From a virus (Duplodnaviria; Caudoviricetes), in the IMG/VR virus record IMGVR_UViG_3300032084_001260, positions 1 to 46,975 of that record: a stretch of DNA of 46,975 bases; one strand, written 5' to 3'. The notes under the pieces are model-generated. The model was not told the origin of the DNA, ran no database searches, and saw nothing but the letters and a program-made list of their open reading frames with translations. The first letter of the stretch is position 1. Each line of letters begins with the position of its first letter. Both the position numbers and the translations under genes were made by a program. Positions 28,382-36,807 of this stretch are shown here, in pieces.

Positions 28382-29031
28382 GATACCACCTTCTCTTTAG
28401 TCTTCTTCATCTTCTTAGGTAATTCATCTTTGGGGATTTGCGCTCTGATAAGATTAGCAACTTGACCATCTCTGATTATCATATCTCTATACTTATCACT
28501 CTCTCTGAACATATGCAATTCGCAGACCTCTACTTTCTTTTTCTTCTTGGGGAATGCTGGTCTATGTTTTACAGGACTTACGCCAAAACAAATAGCGGCT
28601 TGTTGCATATCCTCTGCACACCAACGAAAAGACTTTGCTAAAAGTCTGTATATGTCAATGTCTTTGACATTCTCTCGCAAGAAGGAAAGCATAAGGGGAA
28701 CAGGCACTCTCTGTGTATTATTCCAGACCCTGTTCCTATCTTGCCAACGAAGAGTCGCTTGAATCGCAGGTATGTAATCGCTACCTTTTTTGTTTAGGCT
28801 TCTGTCATAGATAACTCTACTATCATCTATCTTAGGGGCTTTATCGCAGACTATTACCATTCTGTAATTTATGTAATCAAGCCAACCTAAACAGTCTTTT
28901 GCATCCGGTCTTTTGATATGACAGATAATCGTAGCGTCAATAGAAGGTGATGTGAAAAACCCGTCACCCTCTATGTATTCGCCTACACGATAAGGTTCAG
29001 CATCAAGCGTAAAAATGAGCATCCCCATCAT
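28372..29031 (-). CDS. hypothetical protein
   Basis: ORF track; GGTGA RBS. Confidence 0.7.
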   Translation of the reverse strand: MMGMLIFTLDAEPYRVGEYIEGDGFFTSPSIDATIICHIKRPDAKDCLGWLDYINYRMVIVCDKAPKIDDSRVIYDRSLNKKGSDYIPAIQATLRWQDRNRVWNNTQRVPVPLMLSFLRENVKDIDIYRLLAKSFRWCAEDMQQAAICFGVSPVKHRPAFPKKKKKVEVCELHMFRESDKYRDMIIRDGQVANLIRAQIPKDELPKKMKKTKEKVVSWL

Positions 29032-29269
29032 ACTCACCTATCATCTTTGTAAATTCTTTGACTCCGTCAGAATTTAGACGACTTAGCAAAAGACCTCTGC
29101 TTGCCATAATTCGCAGATGCCTTGATACAGAATAGACAGTTATACTACACGACCTCTGGGGTAGCGTCTCGATAGCCTTCGGTAGAAGTTGGTCTGCCGT
29201 AAACCAATCAGACAAATCCCACTCTTGGACTGCGGCTTCGACTGCTGAACCACGATACTTTTTACTCAT
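29003..29269 (-). CDS. winged-helix protein
   Basis: FTADQL...TVYSVSRHLRIMASRGLL. Confidence 0.6.
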   Translation of the reverse strand: MSKKYRGSAVEAAVQEWDLSDWFTADQLLPKAIETLPQRSCSITVYSVSRHLRIMASRGLLLSRLNSDGVKEFTKMIGEYDGDAHFYA

Positions 29270-29565
29270 TGTGGAACCTCCCATTCTGTGTCTACTTCAC
29301 GATGGACTATTTCTAATAAATCTAACATCTCCATACATACATCGTCTTCATCTGCGTGTCTCTCCAACAATTCTCTGAACCTGTCGAAGGCTAATGCTTT
29401 GCGCTCATACTCACGAAGAACCTCTATTGTCTCTTCATAAGTGTAAGGCTCTCGCTCATCTAACTTCACATTACCCCAACATATCTGCGATACTTCTTCA
29501 CATAATTCTTCCATCTGTGGTGCATACCACTTCTCATCAAATTCAATCATACCTATTCTGTTCAT
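29266..29565 (-). CDS. acidic hypothetical protein
   Basis: ORF track; coupled to neighbours. Confidence 0.65.
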   Translation of the reverse strand: MNRIGMIEFDEKWYAPQMEELCEEVSQICWGNVKLDEREPYTYEETIEVLREYERKALAFDRFRELLERHADEDDVCMEMLDLLEIVHREVDTEWEVPQ

Positions 29566-29679
29566 TCAATATACCCCCTTTTCCCATAACCAACAGTCTT
29601 CACACATTGGTTCATCGTCTTTCCATTTCATATCTTCTGCTTCACAATGTTCTCCGCATTCTTTACATTCCGGCATCAT
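29566..29679 (-). CDS. zinc-ribbon microprotein (37 aa)
   Basis: MMPECKECGEHCEAEDMKWKDDEPMCEDCWLWEKGVY*; exactly fills the gap. Confidence 0.65.
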   Translation of the reverse strand: MMPECKECGEHCEAEDMKWKDDEPMCEDCWLWEKGVY

Positions 29680-29960
29680 TCTTCCTCCGCTAACAAATCC
29701 ATAAACGGGTCGTTCATATAAACCCATCGTTCAAAAGAATCCAATTGAGACCTACTAAGACCCCAAATCTCACGCACAGATGTTTTAGGAACGGGATAAC
29801 GACCAGCATACCACTTGAGACCTTCTTGCGTAAGCAAGGCAATCAGACCATCGTCACACATCTGTTTAGCAATATCTGGGTAATCTTCTTTTGGTATGGT
29901 GCGAGAAATAAGCACCATCAGACTTTTGTTGCGCCACTTAACTCTCTCCCCTGCTTTCAT
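29676..29960 (-). CDS. hypothetical protein
   Basis: ORF track; GGAGGT RBS. Confidence 0.75.
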   Translation of the reverse strand: MKAGERVKWRNKSLMVLISRTIPKEDYPDIAKQMCDDGLIALLTQEGLKWYAGRYPVPKTSVREIWGLSRSQLDSFERWVYMNDPFMDLLAEEE

Positions 29961-30062
29961 GATATAACCTCCTTGTCAATCTGTTTAACCTCTCGTTCTT
30001 AATTTCGCATATCGAACAATATCTCTTACTCTTATCTGTCTTCTCGGCTGTGCATCCCTGCG

Positions 30063-30242
30063 TCAAACATCTTCTTCTACCCAGATTGCTACCCCCAGAC
30101 AGTAATCACAATGCAATTGCTTTTTGTTAGATTTGACTGTAAACTTCGACAGACATACATGACGATTGCATTTTTTACAATATCTTGTTATCTTTCCGCT
30201 ATGGAAGTTTTTACTCCCAACATATTTTTGTCCGTATTTCAT
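30063..30242 (-). CDS. small zinc-finger protein
   Basis: CKKC...CDYC; ATGA overlap with the MTase stop. Confidence 0.6.
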   Translation of the reverse strand: MKYGQKYVGSKNFHSGKITRYCKKCNRHVCLSKFTVKSNKKQLHCDYCLGVAIWVEEDV

Positions 30243-31189
30243 AACCACACCTTCTCGTTTTCTTGTCCTATATTAGCAAATATATGCGAGATAATATCAA
30301 CAGTCCACCCGTTCCCCAGAGCCTTGTATCTCTGCGTATTACTAACACCTTCGGTGTAGTTATCTGGCAGAGTCTGTAATCTCTCGCATTCCATAGGAGT
30401 TAATTTTCTCCATGTCGTCTCACTTGTAGCAATCTTAGATTCTCTATTGCCACCGCTACTTGTTTGAAGAGTAGGGCTTTTACCATCGGGATGATAGACC
30501 CTCTTAATCGCATCATGTCCTTTCAAATCCGCATCACCTACATGACATAGACCATCGTCACTAAAGACCAACTGTCTTCTATGTTTTTCAAAATAGGATT
30601 TCAGATTACCTCCTTTGAAATAGTTAGCATCGAGACAATGCGATTTATCCCTATCTACATAGCCATCAATCTCAAGTATATCTTTCAAAACAATCCCTTT
30701 ATCTTTGGGTTGTTTAACATTGGGGATGTTAGTCCAATAAAGTCGCACTCTATTTTGTGCTGATACCAGACCGGAGTTGATACGGATAGGTTCTACTCCG
30801 AGTAAAGCAGTAATAGCATCTTGTATATCTTGTCGCATAACAACATTCTCCAACAAGAAGTATTTCGGTCTGAAATGATTTACAATATCAACAAACTCAA
30901 AGAAGAGTTTGCTTCTTGGGTCTTCAAAGTTTAGACCTTTACCTGCTAATGAAAAACCTTGACAAGGCGAACCGCCAATAATCAAATCAACATTCTCTAA
31001 ATCCCATTCTTTCCAACCTAATATGTCTCCGAGTTGAACAGTATTGGGATGATTCTTCTGTGCTATCTGAATCGCATATTTGTCTATCTCTGATGAGTAG
31101 TAAGTATCAAACTCGATACCTGCTCTTTGCAGAGCAACACGACCACATGAGATACCATCAAAGAGAGACAGAACATTTCTTACTTTCAT
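30239..31189 (-). CDS. C5-cytosine DNA methyltransferase
   Basis: LSLFDG, GGSPCQGFS, LENV, QNR.RLYW, ECERLQ, LGNGW; start trimmed to 31189. Confidence 0.95.
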   Translation of the reverse strand: MKVRNVLSLFDGISCGRVALQRAGIEFDTYYSSEIDKYAIQIAQKNHPNTVQLGDILGWKEWDLENVDLIIGGSPCQGFSLAGKGLNFEDPRSKLFFEFVDIVNHFRPKYFLLENVVMRQDIQDAITALLGVEPIRINSGLVSAQNRVRLYWTNIPNVKQPKDKGIVLKDILEIDGYVDRDKSHCLDANYFKGGNLKSYFEKHRRQLVFSDDGLCHVGDADLKGHDAIKRVYHPDGKSPTLQTSSGGNRESKIATSETTWRKLTPMECERLQTLPDNYTEGVSNTQRYKALGNGWTVDIISHIFANIGQENEKVWL

Positions 31190-31356
31190 CTGACCAACCT
31201 CATATATCCACAATATATCTTGCGACCACATACATACTTATGGTGAGTATTGTATCTCGCTTCTGTGGTAAAACCACAAGAGTTGCACTTTCGCAGACCT
31301 TTTGGTCTAATACTATATCCCAGAGAACCTCTACCACCATTGTATGATATACCCAT
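31186..31356 (-). CDS. small basic zinc-finger protein
   Basis: CNSC...H...C; coupled at both ends. Confidence 0.6.
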   Translation of the reverse strand: MGISYNGGRGSLGYSIRPKGLRKCNSCGFTTEARYNTHHKYVCGRKIYCGYMRLVR

Positions 31357-31979
31357 CAGACTTCCTCCCAATCTCCCTCTTGTATGTATGTCGGAGTCTT
31401 GAGAGCCGCAACACGCAATTCAATCTGATTTAGCAAATGAGGCTCTGCTCGCAGAACATCAACAAGTATGCCCATGACACCGTTGACTTGCTGGCTGGCA
31501 AGTAGCAACTGCGAATCAACCCCTATCTCTTTCTTCAAAGTGCCAATCAACTTAAGGGAAGAGTTAGCCTGTCCGATAAGTCGAGTCGCATTAGCAAGCC
31601 ACTCACCGTCTATACCTTCCTCATCTTTCTTTGCTTCCCATTCATCAAGCCAAGAATTTATTCTACCGAATACATCTTCTGCCATATCCAGAGTAGTGAT
31701 TGCTTCTTTGCGAGTCTCTTCTACTTGCTTTGCTTCTGTTGGGTCAAAGGTCATATGTTCTTTCATATGTTCCTCAACGATACCTGTCTCCCAACCATTC
31801 TTTATTTCTAAGTAAGAAGTAGTCATGTTGCCATTGTGAATTTGAATCTCTAAATCCTTTACCTGCGGGTGATTACAGAGAGGACACTCTGGGGATTCGA
31901 GAACCCATCTTAGAACCTCAATCTCTTTATGGTCGTCAGAATCTGCGATTCTGTTTTCTATCAACCATTTACTTTTCAT
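31356..31979 (-). CDS. CxxC-H...H Zn/HTH plus coiled-coil protein (possibly TerS-like)
   Basis: CPLCNHP...EEHMKEH followed by long helices. Confidence 0.55.
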   Translation of the reverse strand: MKSKWLIENRIADSDDHKEIEVLRWVLESPECPLCNHPQVKDLEIQIHNGNMTTSYLEIKNGWETGIVEEHMKEHMTFDPTEAKQVEETRKEAITTLDMAEDVFGRINSWLDEWEAKKDEEGIDGEWLANATRLIGQANSSLKLIGTLKKEIGVDSQLLLASQQVNGVMGILVDVLRAEPHLLNQIELRVAALKTPTYIQEGDWEEV

Positions 31980-32233
31980 TCTGCTAACCCCCAATGTATA
32001 CTATTACACTTTTCACCGCCGGTAAGATAGTATGTCTTACCTTGAGTTTTTATGAATCTCTTATCTCTTTTCAAAACTTGACCGGCAGAGTTGTTGCTCT
32101 GTGGCATGTGTCGTGGATTCACTAAGCCCGTCAGATTATGCACTAACTCCTGTGTAGACGCAGGCCCATTTTCTACTACATAGGCATAACAAGCATCTCT
32201 AAAGACACGATATTTCTTTGCTTCAAAGACCAT
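31976..32233 (-). CDS. winged-helix protein
   Basis: RDAC...GPASTQEL...QVLKRDKRF; paralog of the next gene. Confidence 0.65.
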   Translation of the reverse strand: MVFEAKKYRVFRDACYAYVVENGPASTQELVHNLTGLVNPRHMPQSNNSAGQVLKRDKRFIKTQGKTYYLTGGEKCNSIHWGLAE

Positions 32234-32234
32234 C

Positions 32235-32516
32235 TTAAGACCTCCTCGCTCTGAATGTAGCACTCTTGTATTTACCACCTAAGACGCTTATGTTAGTCGT
32301 ATCACCAACATACTCAAATCTATCATCGTATTTTAGGACTTGACATATTTCTCGCACAGAGGGGGAGTTTTTCCACACCTTGCCGTCTTTTGTCAGAACC
32401 CTCTGCGTCAATTCATGTGTGTTATACTCGCCTTCATCCTCAAGTAAAAACTTGTGACAAGCATCTCTCCAATTCGCAAATCTCACTTCTCTTCTCGGTT
32501 TCTTTTTTCTTGCCAT
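32235..32516 (-). CDS. winged-helix protein
   Basis: RDAC...NTHEL...QVLKYDDRF. Confidence 0.65.
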   Translation of the reverse strand: MARKKKPRREVRFANWRDACHKFLLEDEGEYNTHELTQRVLTKDGKVWKNSPSVREICQVLKYDDRFEYVGDTTNISVLGGKYKSATFRARRS

Positions 32517-32517
32517 A

Positions 32518-33834
32518 TCATACACCCCATTTCATGTTCTCGCTCTCATCCGGCAGACCAAACCTACACATAACGCCTCTCCTACCTCTGCCCTCTTTGC
32601 GAGGACTAAATTCAGAGAACCATGCTTGACCCTTCAATGTATCGTCAATCCATCTCTTTGCCGCTTGGTAATCGTGGTCTGTAATCAGTTTAGCAACATC
32701 TTTTATTAAAGTGCTTCGTGGCACATCTTTATCCCAGAAAGTAGTCTTGATAAGACGAATGTCTTCATCCATTACATCTCGTCTCATCTTCAAAGAAGAT
32801 TCTAATAATTCGAGTAGCGTATCATCCATCTCGACCTGCAAGATACCACCTTTCCACTCTTCATCACACATCATGTGATAACCTATTGCTAATCTGCGAA
32901 ACAAATCAGACTCAAATGAACGGACTGATTCTTTCATAACCCATTCTTCAAAGTCCTTGCTAAACATAACTCCCGTAGGGGGATTGAGAACGATTGACAT
33001 TTGCCTGTCAATAAACCATGCTCGCAAATCAAGAATCTCACCTGCAAGATACGCCCTCTCCTCTCTCGTCATACTCGCTTGTTTATTCTGTGCTTCTTTG
33101 TATAGAGCCTCCTTTTCAGCATCCATGTTAATATCAATGATGAAGAACCTACGGTCAAGACCGGACTCCAAATCCATACGACCATGTTGTGTTCCTCCCC
33201 ATACAGTATAGCGAGTATTGTATCGCACCCATCCATCACGCATACCTTTGTTTACACGCCCAGAGTCTAACGAAGTTAGCAACTGATTCTTCATGTCAAT
33301 ACTATGGTCTTTCTTGTTTGCATCTGATACAGATGAAAACTCTTCAAAGCAGAGGAAGCCACCGCAAGTCTCTCTTGCGAGAGGTCTTCCTACGATTTGA
33401 CCATCATCATTTACAGACCCGAACATACCTGCCTCTGTGATAGAGTTTGGGCCAATCATAGTGCGAAAACCAATACCTCTGAATCCTTGAGGATTCCATA
33501 GGACGCCTGTATGTTCAGCGCAGAATAAATCAATCAGAACATTCTTACCGGAACCCTTTGCACCACGCATGAGTATATTGATTCTTGTATCTGCGATTGA
33601 GGAACGGGGAGTATAGATAGGATAGTTGGAGTGACGGAGAGGACAGTCTTCGATAACGAACCTACGAGAGTCTTCCCCATCTCCCTCTCTCGGCGCAAAG
33701 TCACACATACTGCATTTGTTTACAGTATTAAACAAATGACCGCCTATGCTACACAAGAAGATTGGAACCTTGTCTTCCACATCAATGATATGGTTTCTTT
33801 TACAGAAGTCAAGCATCCTGTCGAATATATTCAC
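32518..33834 (-). CDS. MCM-like AAA+ helicase lacking the N-terminal domain
   Basis: GAKGSGK, TEAGMFGSV, GGFLCFEEF, LLTSLDSG, SGLDRRF Arg finger. Confidence 0.8.
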   Translation of the reverse strand: MNIFDRMLDFCKRNHIIDVEDKVPIFLCSIGGHLFNTVNKCSMCDFAPREGDGEDSRRFVIEDCPLRHSNYPIYTPRSSIADTRINILMRGAKGSGKNVLIDLFCAEHTGVLWNPQGFRGIGFRTMIGPNSITEAGMFGSVNDDGQIVGRPLARETCGGFLCFEEFSSVSDANKKDHSIDMKNQLLTSLDSGRVNKGMRDGWVRYNTRYTVWGGTQHGRMDLESGLDRRFFIIDINMDAEKEALYKEAQNKQASMTREERAYLAGEILDLRAWFIDRQMSIVLNPPTGVMFSKDFEEWVMKESVRSFESDLFRRLAIGYHMMCDEEWKGGILQVEMDDTLLELLESSLKMRRDVMDEDIRLIKTTFWDKDVPRSTLIKDVAKLITDHDYQAAKRWIDDTLKGQAWFSEFSPRKEGRGRRGVMCRFGLPDESENMKWGV

Positions 33835-34637
33835 CCGAACATACCCCCTTCGTATTTACTCGCTCTCGATTTGTTAAGCATCTTTGTCATTACTTCATCT
33901 GCCAATTTGACCGCCTCCAGAGTTTCCGAAGAAGCCTTAGCATATATGTCTTTCGCTCTTTTCTTAGAACCTGTGATGTTGAAACCTTCCTTTTTCAGAA
34001 TGTCAAGCGACTCATTTATGTGTGTATCTGTATAGACCTTTGATTCCATAGTCTGTCCGTGAGAAGGTATGATTAAGATTTTAGCACCTTCCCTTAGAGT
34101 TGCGAATATAAATGCCGGTAGCCAACCCCAGAGAGTCTGAAGACTATCTATATCTAATATGTCACCTGCCCCTATTTCTTCGCCCTCTACAATATGTGGT
34201 TCAGCAAACCCATGTCCGTTTCTCATATCAAACGCATCGGAAGTTAGTATCATAAACTTCTCGCAACCTATGTTATTAAGCATAACTGCTACATCTCTTG
34301 CGGGTGGATAATTGAATAGCCATGCGTTTTTTTGTGCCGCACCATCAGTGCTTATATGTGCGGGAGTAAGGACTTCAATTAGCAAAGTGCTTTTATCGTT
34401 TCCGTAATAGATAGGCCAGCCTGTGAAACCATAACTCAACATGGTATGCGGGGATGAAGGTATGTGTTTGGAAGTCATATATCCGATAGGTTCTGCATCC
34501 TTTACGAGTGAAGAACCTACGACTGCGGGTATATGGTCTGAACCTACGGCATCGAACAAGATAGCCTTGTTTATACCTTTAGGTATACCACTCATCCAAA
34601 TAAAGTCTGTTTCATTTACTGTTATAATTTCGCCCAT
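33831..34637 (-). CDS. PAC2-family (proteasome assembly chaperone-like) protein, putative
   Basis: PIGYMTSKHIP, WPIYY, MLNNIGCEKFMILTS, C-terminal helix and GMFG end follow the PAC2/PbaB layout. Confidence 0.55.
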   Translation of the reverse strand: MGEIITVNETDFIWMSGIPKGINKAILFDAVGSDHIPAVVGSSLVKDAEPIGYMTSKHIPSSPHTMLSYGFTGWPIYYGNDKSTLLIEVLTPAHISTDGAAQKNAWLFNYPPARDVAVMLNNIGCEKFMILTSDAFDMRNGHGFAEPHIVEGEEIGAGDILDIDSLQTLWGWLPAFIFATLREGAKILIIPSHGQTMESKVYTDTHINESLDILKKEGFNITGSKKRAKDIYAKASSETLEAVKLADEVMTKMLNKSRASKYEGGMFG

Positions 34638-34651
34638 GATACCACCATACC

Positions 34652-34667
34652 CCTATGACCTTATGAA
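34652..34667 (-). promoter_or_regulatory. promoter TTCATAAGGTCATAGG
   Basis: Variant of the motif, 30 bp above ATG 34637. Confidence 0.65.
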
Positions 34668-34691
34668 TCTAATGTTTTGGAACCTCTGAAA

Positions 34692-34873
34692 TAATTCAGA
34701 AAAAATAAAACGCAACACTCAAAGCACAATCAGATTATTCTTTTTTATTTCCTAAGAGTTAAAACTTTATTATTTACTAATAATAAGTCGAATCTTTTTA
34801 GAAATATATCTAAGAAAAAATAAAAAATAATCCGAAAACGCATAACCAAATGCGATTAATTCTTTCTGAATTA
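34692..34873. repeat. AT-rich nested inverted repeats; candidate replication origin
   Basis: TAATTCAGAAA/TTTCTGAATTA outer arms, imperfect middle arms, central TTATTATT-TACT-AATAATAA. Confidence 0.6.
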
Positions 34874-35647
34874 ATTTTGCAGAGCAAAAATAAATCTTTC
34901 ATGCTCGATAGAATCCCTCTCTATGTAGCGCATACCGATAGCATCTTTGTTATCTAAGTCGTTCTGCGGATATTCATATTCAGTCATTCTGAATATCATA
35001 TCGTTTAGAATCTCTTTAGCAAAGGATATGTCGTCAGTTGCATGTGTCCTAATAGGTCTAAAGTCTGCGCCATCTGAATTGTATACGAGGCTCTGTGTGA
35101 TGTATGTATTATCCGCATGTATGAGCATAGCATACTGCGGGTGCGAGCCGTATATCTCGGTAGGCACATACTCAAGACCCTGCTTAGACCTGTAAGGCGT
35201 GTAAATTTTTACAACGAAGTTGTGTTTTGAAATATCAGTTTCGATTATTTCATTCGCAACAACATCTTTAGCAACATAGCATTCCAGAGATTTTATTGAA
35301 TTTGGGATTGTAATCTTTTCAGAAAGGATTGTAATCGTAATCAACTCCAAATGCGACTCTTCTATCAGTGCGTCTAATTCGTATTTAAAGAAAGGAATTT
35401 CTTTAATATCCCCTTTCATAGCCGAGTTTACGATAGTGCGATACATATTAGGTTGTATCGTATCTAAGAACGACCATACGGAATCATAGCCATCAAACAC
35501 TACATGGTGTGAACCCACTTGCAGATGCAAGTAAGGTGAGAATTTTCGCTTGTTGCGACCATTCTTTCTCCAACATTGAAAGTCTATGACTTTGATTTCT
35601 TTCAGAGGACATATCAACCATTCGCCATGAAGTCTTATTGTCTGCAT
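34871..35647 (-). CDS. hypothetical protein
   Basis: 258-aa ORF on the coding strand. Confidence 0.75.
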   Translation of the reverse strand: MQTIRLHGEWLICPLKEIKVIDFQCWRKNGRNKRKFSPYLHLQVGSHHVVFDGYDSVWSFLDTIQPNMYRTIVNSAMKGDIKEIPFFKYELDALIEESHLELITITILSEKITIPNSIKSLECYVAKDVVANEIIETDISKHNFVVKIYTPYRSKQGLEYVPTEIYGSHPQYAMLIHADNTYITQSLVYNSDGADFRPIRTHATDDISFAKEILNDMIFRMTEYEYPQNDLDNKDAIGMRYIERDSIEHERFIFALQN

Positions 35648-35679
35648 GTCAACAACATACTCTAATGAGTATATTGTAT

Positions 35680-36216
35680 TTATGCACCCCCTACTTCATA
35701 CTTGATACCATATAGGTATTGCTCATCGTTCCACCAATAAGGGGCAGGTCGGTTCTTCTGCCACTTTGCGAAATTCTTACTGTGATAGTATGCTCGGTAT
35801 GCTACGACTGCATCTTCGTGTTTAAACTCATCCGGCATACACTGTGCGAAGGGAGTCATTTTCCCTTCGGGAATAAGATGTTGCAGAGACCATAGATGCT
35901 CTATGCCTTCGGCACACGCATGTTCTTTGCCAAATCTTTTGGTAAACTCTTGTGCTAAAGCAGAGGCATGATAACAAGCCCATATGAAATTGTCTCGACT
36001 CTCTCCCACCCAACGGGTCGCCGGATGGTTAGGGTAGCCTCCACGCATAGGCTTTCCGCTTGTTTTTGCGATTGGCATCTGCTCTGGTGTAGCACCGTGT
36101 CTGATACACGCAGAGCCGATTTGTTGATACAATTCGACTACCATCTTAGGCACATGCTTGTCGCAATACATGGTTGCGGCGAAAAAGGGATTTTCGTCTA
36201 ATACGAATATGTTCAT
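35680..36216 (-). CDS. pyrimidine-dimer DNA glycosylase/endonuclease V-like protein
   Basis: MNIFVLD...CDKHVPKMVVE..Q, NHP..RW, FAQCMP...AYRAYY, P.WW. Confidence 0.88.
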   Translation of the reverse strand: MNIFVLDENPFFAATMYCDKHVPKMVVELYQQIGSACIRHGATPEQMPIAKTSGKPMRGGYPNHPATRWVGESRDNFIWACYHASALAQEFTKRFGKEHACAEGIEHLWSLQHLIPEGKMTPFAQCMPDEFKHEDAVVAYRAYYHSKNFAKWQKNRPAPYWWNDEQYLYGIKYEVGGA

Positions 36217-36407
36217 TGAATCAACTCCATTAGTGCATTATACTTTACTCTCATGTTTTCATGAGTATCATCCGCAATTAATTTGATACCTTCACGCAGT
36301 CGCTTGATTTCTGCAAGCAATTCAGACAAGTATTCTTCTAAATCACTGTATTCTTCGCCTTCTACTCCATAGTCAATTAGTATCTTTTTTATTTCATTTT
36401 TCATCAT
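36213..36407 (-). CDS. small hypothetical protein
   Basis: ORF track; ATGA coupling. Confidence 0.65.
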   Translation of the reverse strand: MMKNEIKKILIDYGVEGEEYSDLEEYLSELLAEIKRLREGIKLIADDTHENMRVKYNALMELIQ

Positions 36408-36613
36408 TCTAATCTCCCCTCTATCTCTTGCATCTTCTGTTCGATTTCCTCACGCAGATAATACACGATTTCACTCAACCAACCGTGTCTGTCTCCTAAC
36501 TCGCTTGTGAGAGTGTCAACAAGCGTCTCCGCCAACTCTGCGTCTCTAAGCAATTGCTCTAAGTCGCTATATTCTTCTGCTAATTCTTCTAACTTCTGTT
36601 TTACTTCTGTCAT
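36404..36613 (-). CDS. small acidic helical protein
   Basis: ORF track; GGAGG RBS. Confidence 0.7.
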   Translation of the reverse strand: MTEVKQKLEELAEEYSDLEQLLRDAELAETLVDTLTSELGDRHGWLSEIVYYLREEIEQKMQEIEGRLE

Positions 36614-36801
36614 TCTGTTTTCCTCCTACCAAACATTTTTGCGATTCTTACGGCTATCACGATTTCATTACAGGCATCACAACACCTTCCGTCATTTATG
36701 GGCTGGGCGTTATGCCCCCCATCCCAATACATTTTACCATTATGGTATTTCTTCTCAATCTCTCCGCTACAAATACTGCATTCCATATTTCTCAACTCCA
36801 A
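36610..36801 (-). CDS. small zinc-finger protein
   Basis: CSIC...GHNAQP...GRCCDACN. Confidence 0.75.
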   Translation of the reverse strand: MELRNMECSICSGEIEKKYHNGKMYWDGGHNAQPINDGRCCDACNEIVIAVRIAKMFGRRKTE

Positions 36802-36807
36802 TAGGGG

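Noticed and set aside
29938-30085. Possible extra Cys-containing micro-ORF (RRCLTQGC...YCSICE) on the minus strand
   Set aside because: Only CTG/TTG starts available; plausible but not supportable
18830-30260. Shared C-terminal VWL/SWL in PolB, C5-MTase, 27458 and 28372 products as a clamp-binding motif
   Set aside because: In three of four cases it is the translation of the overlapping RBS and start of the next gene (e.g. GGTGTGGTTATGA); only the PolB case is independent
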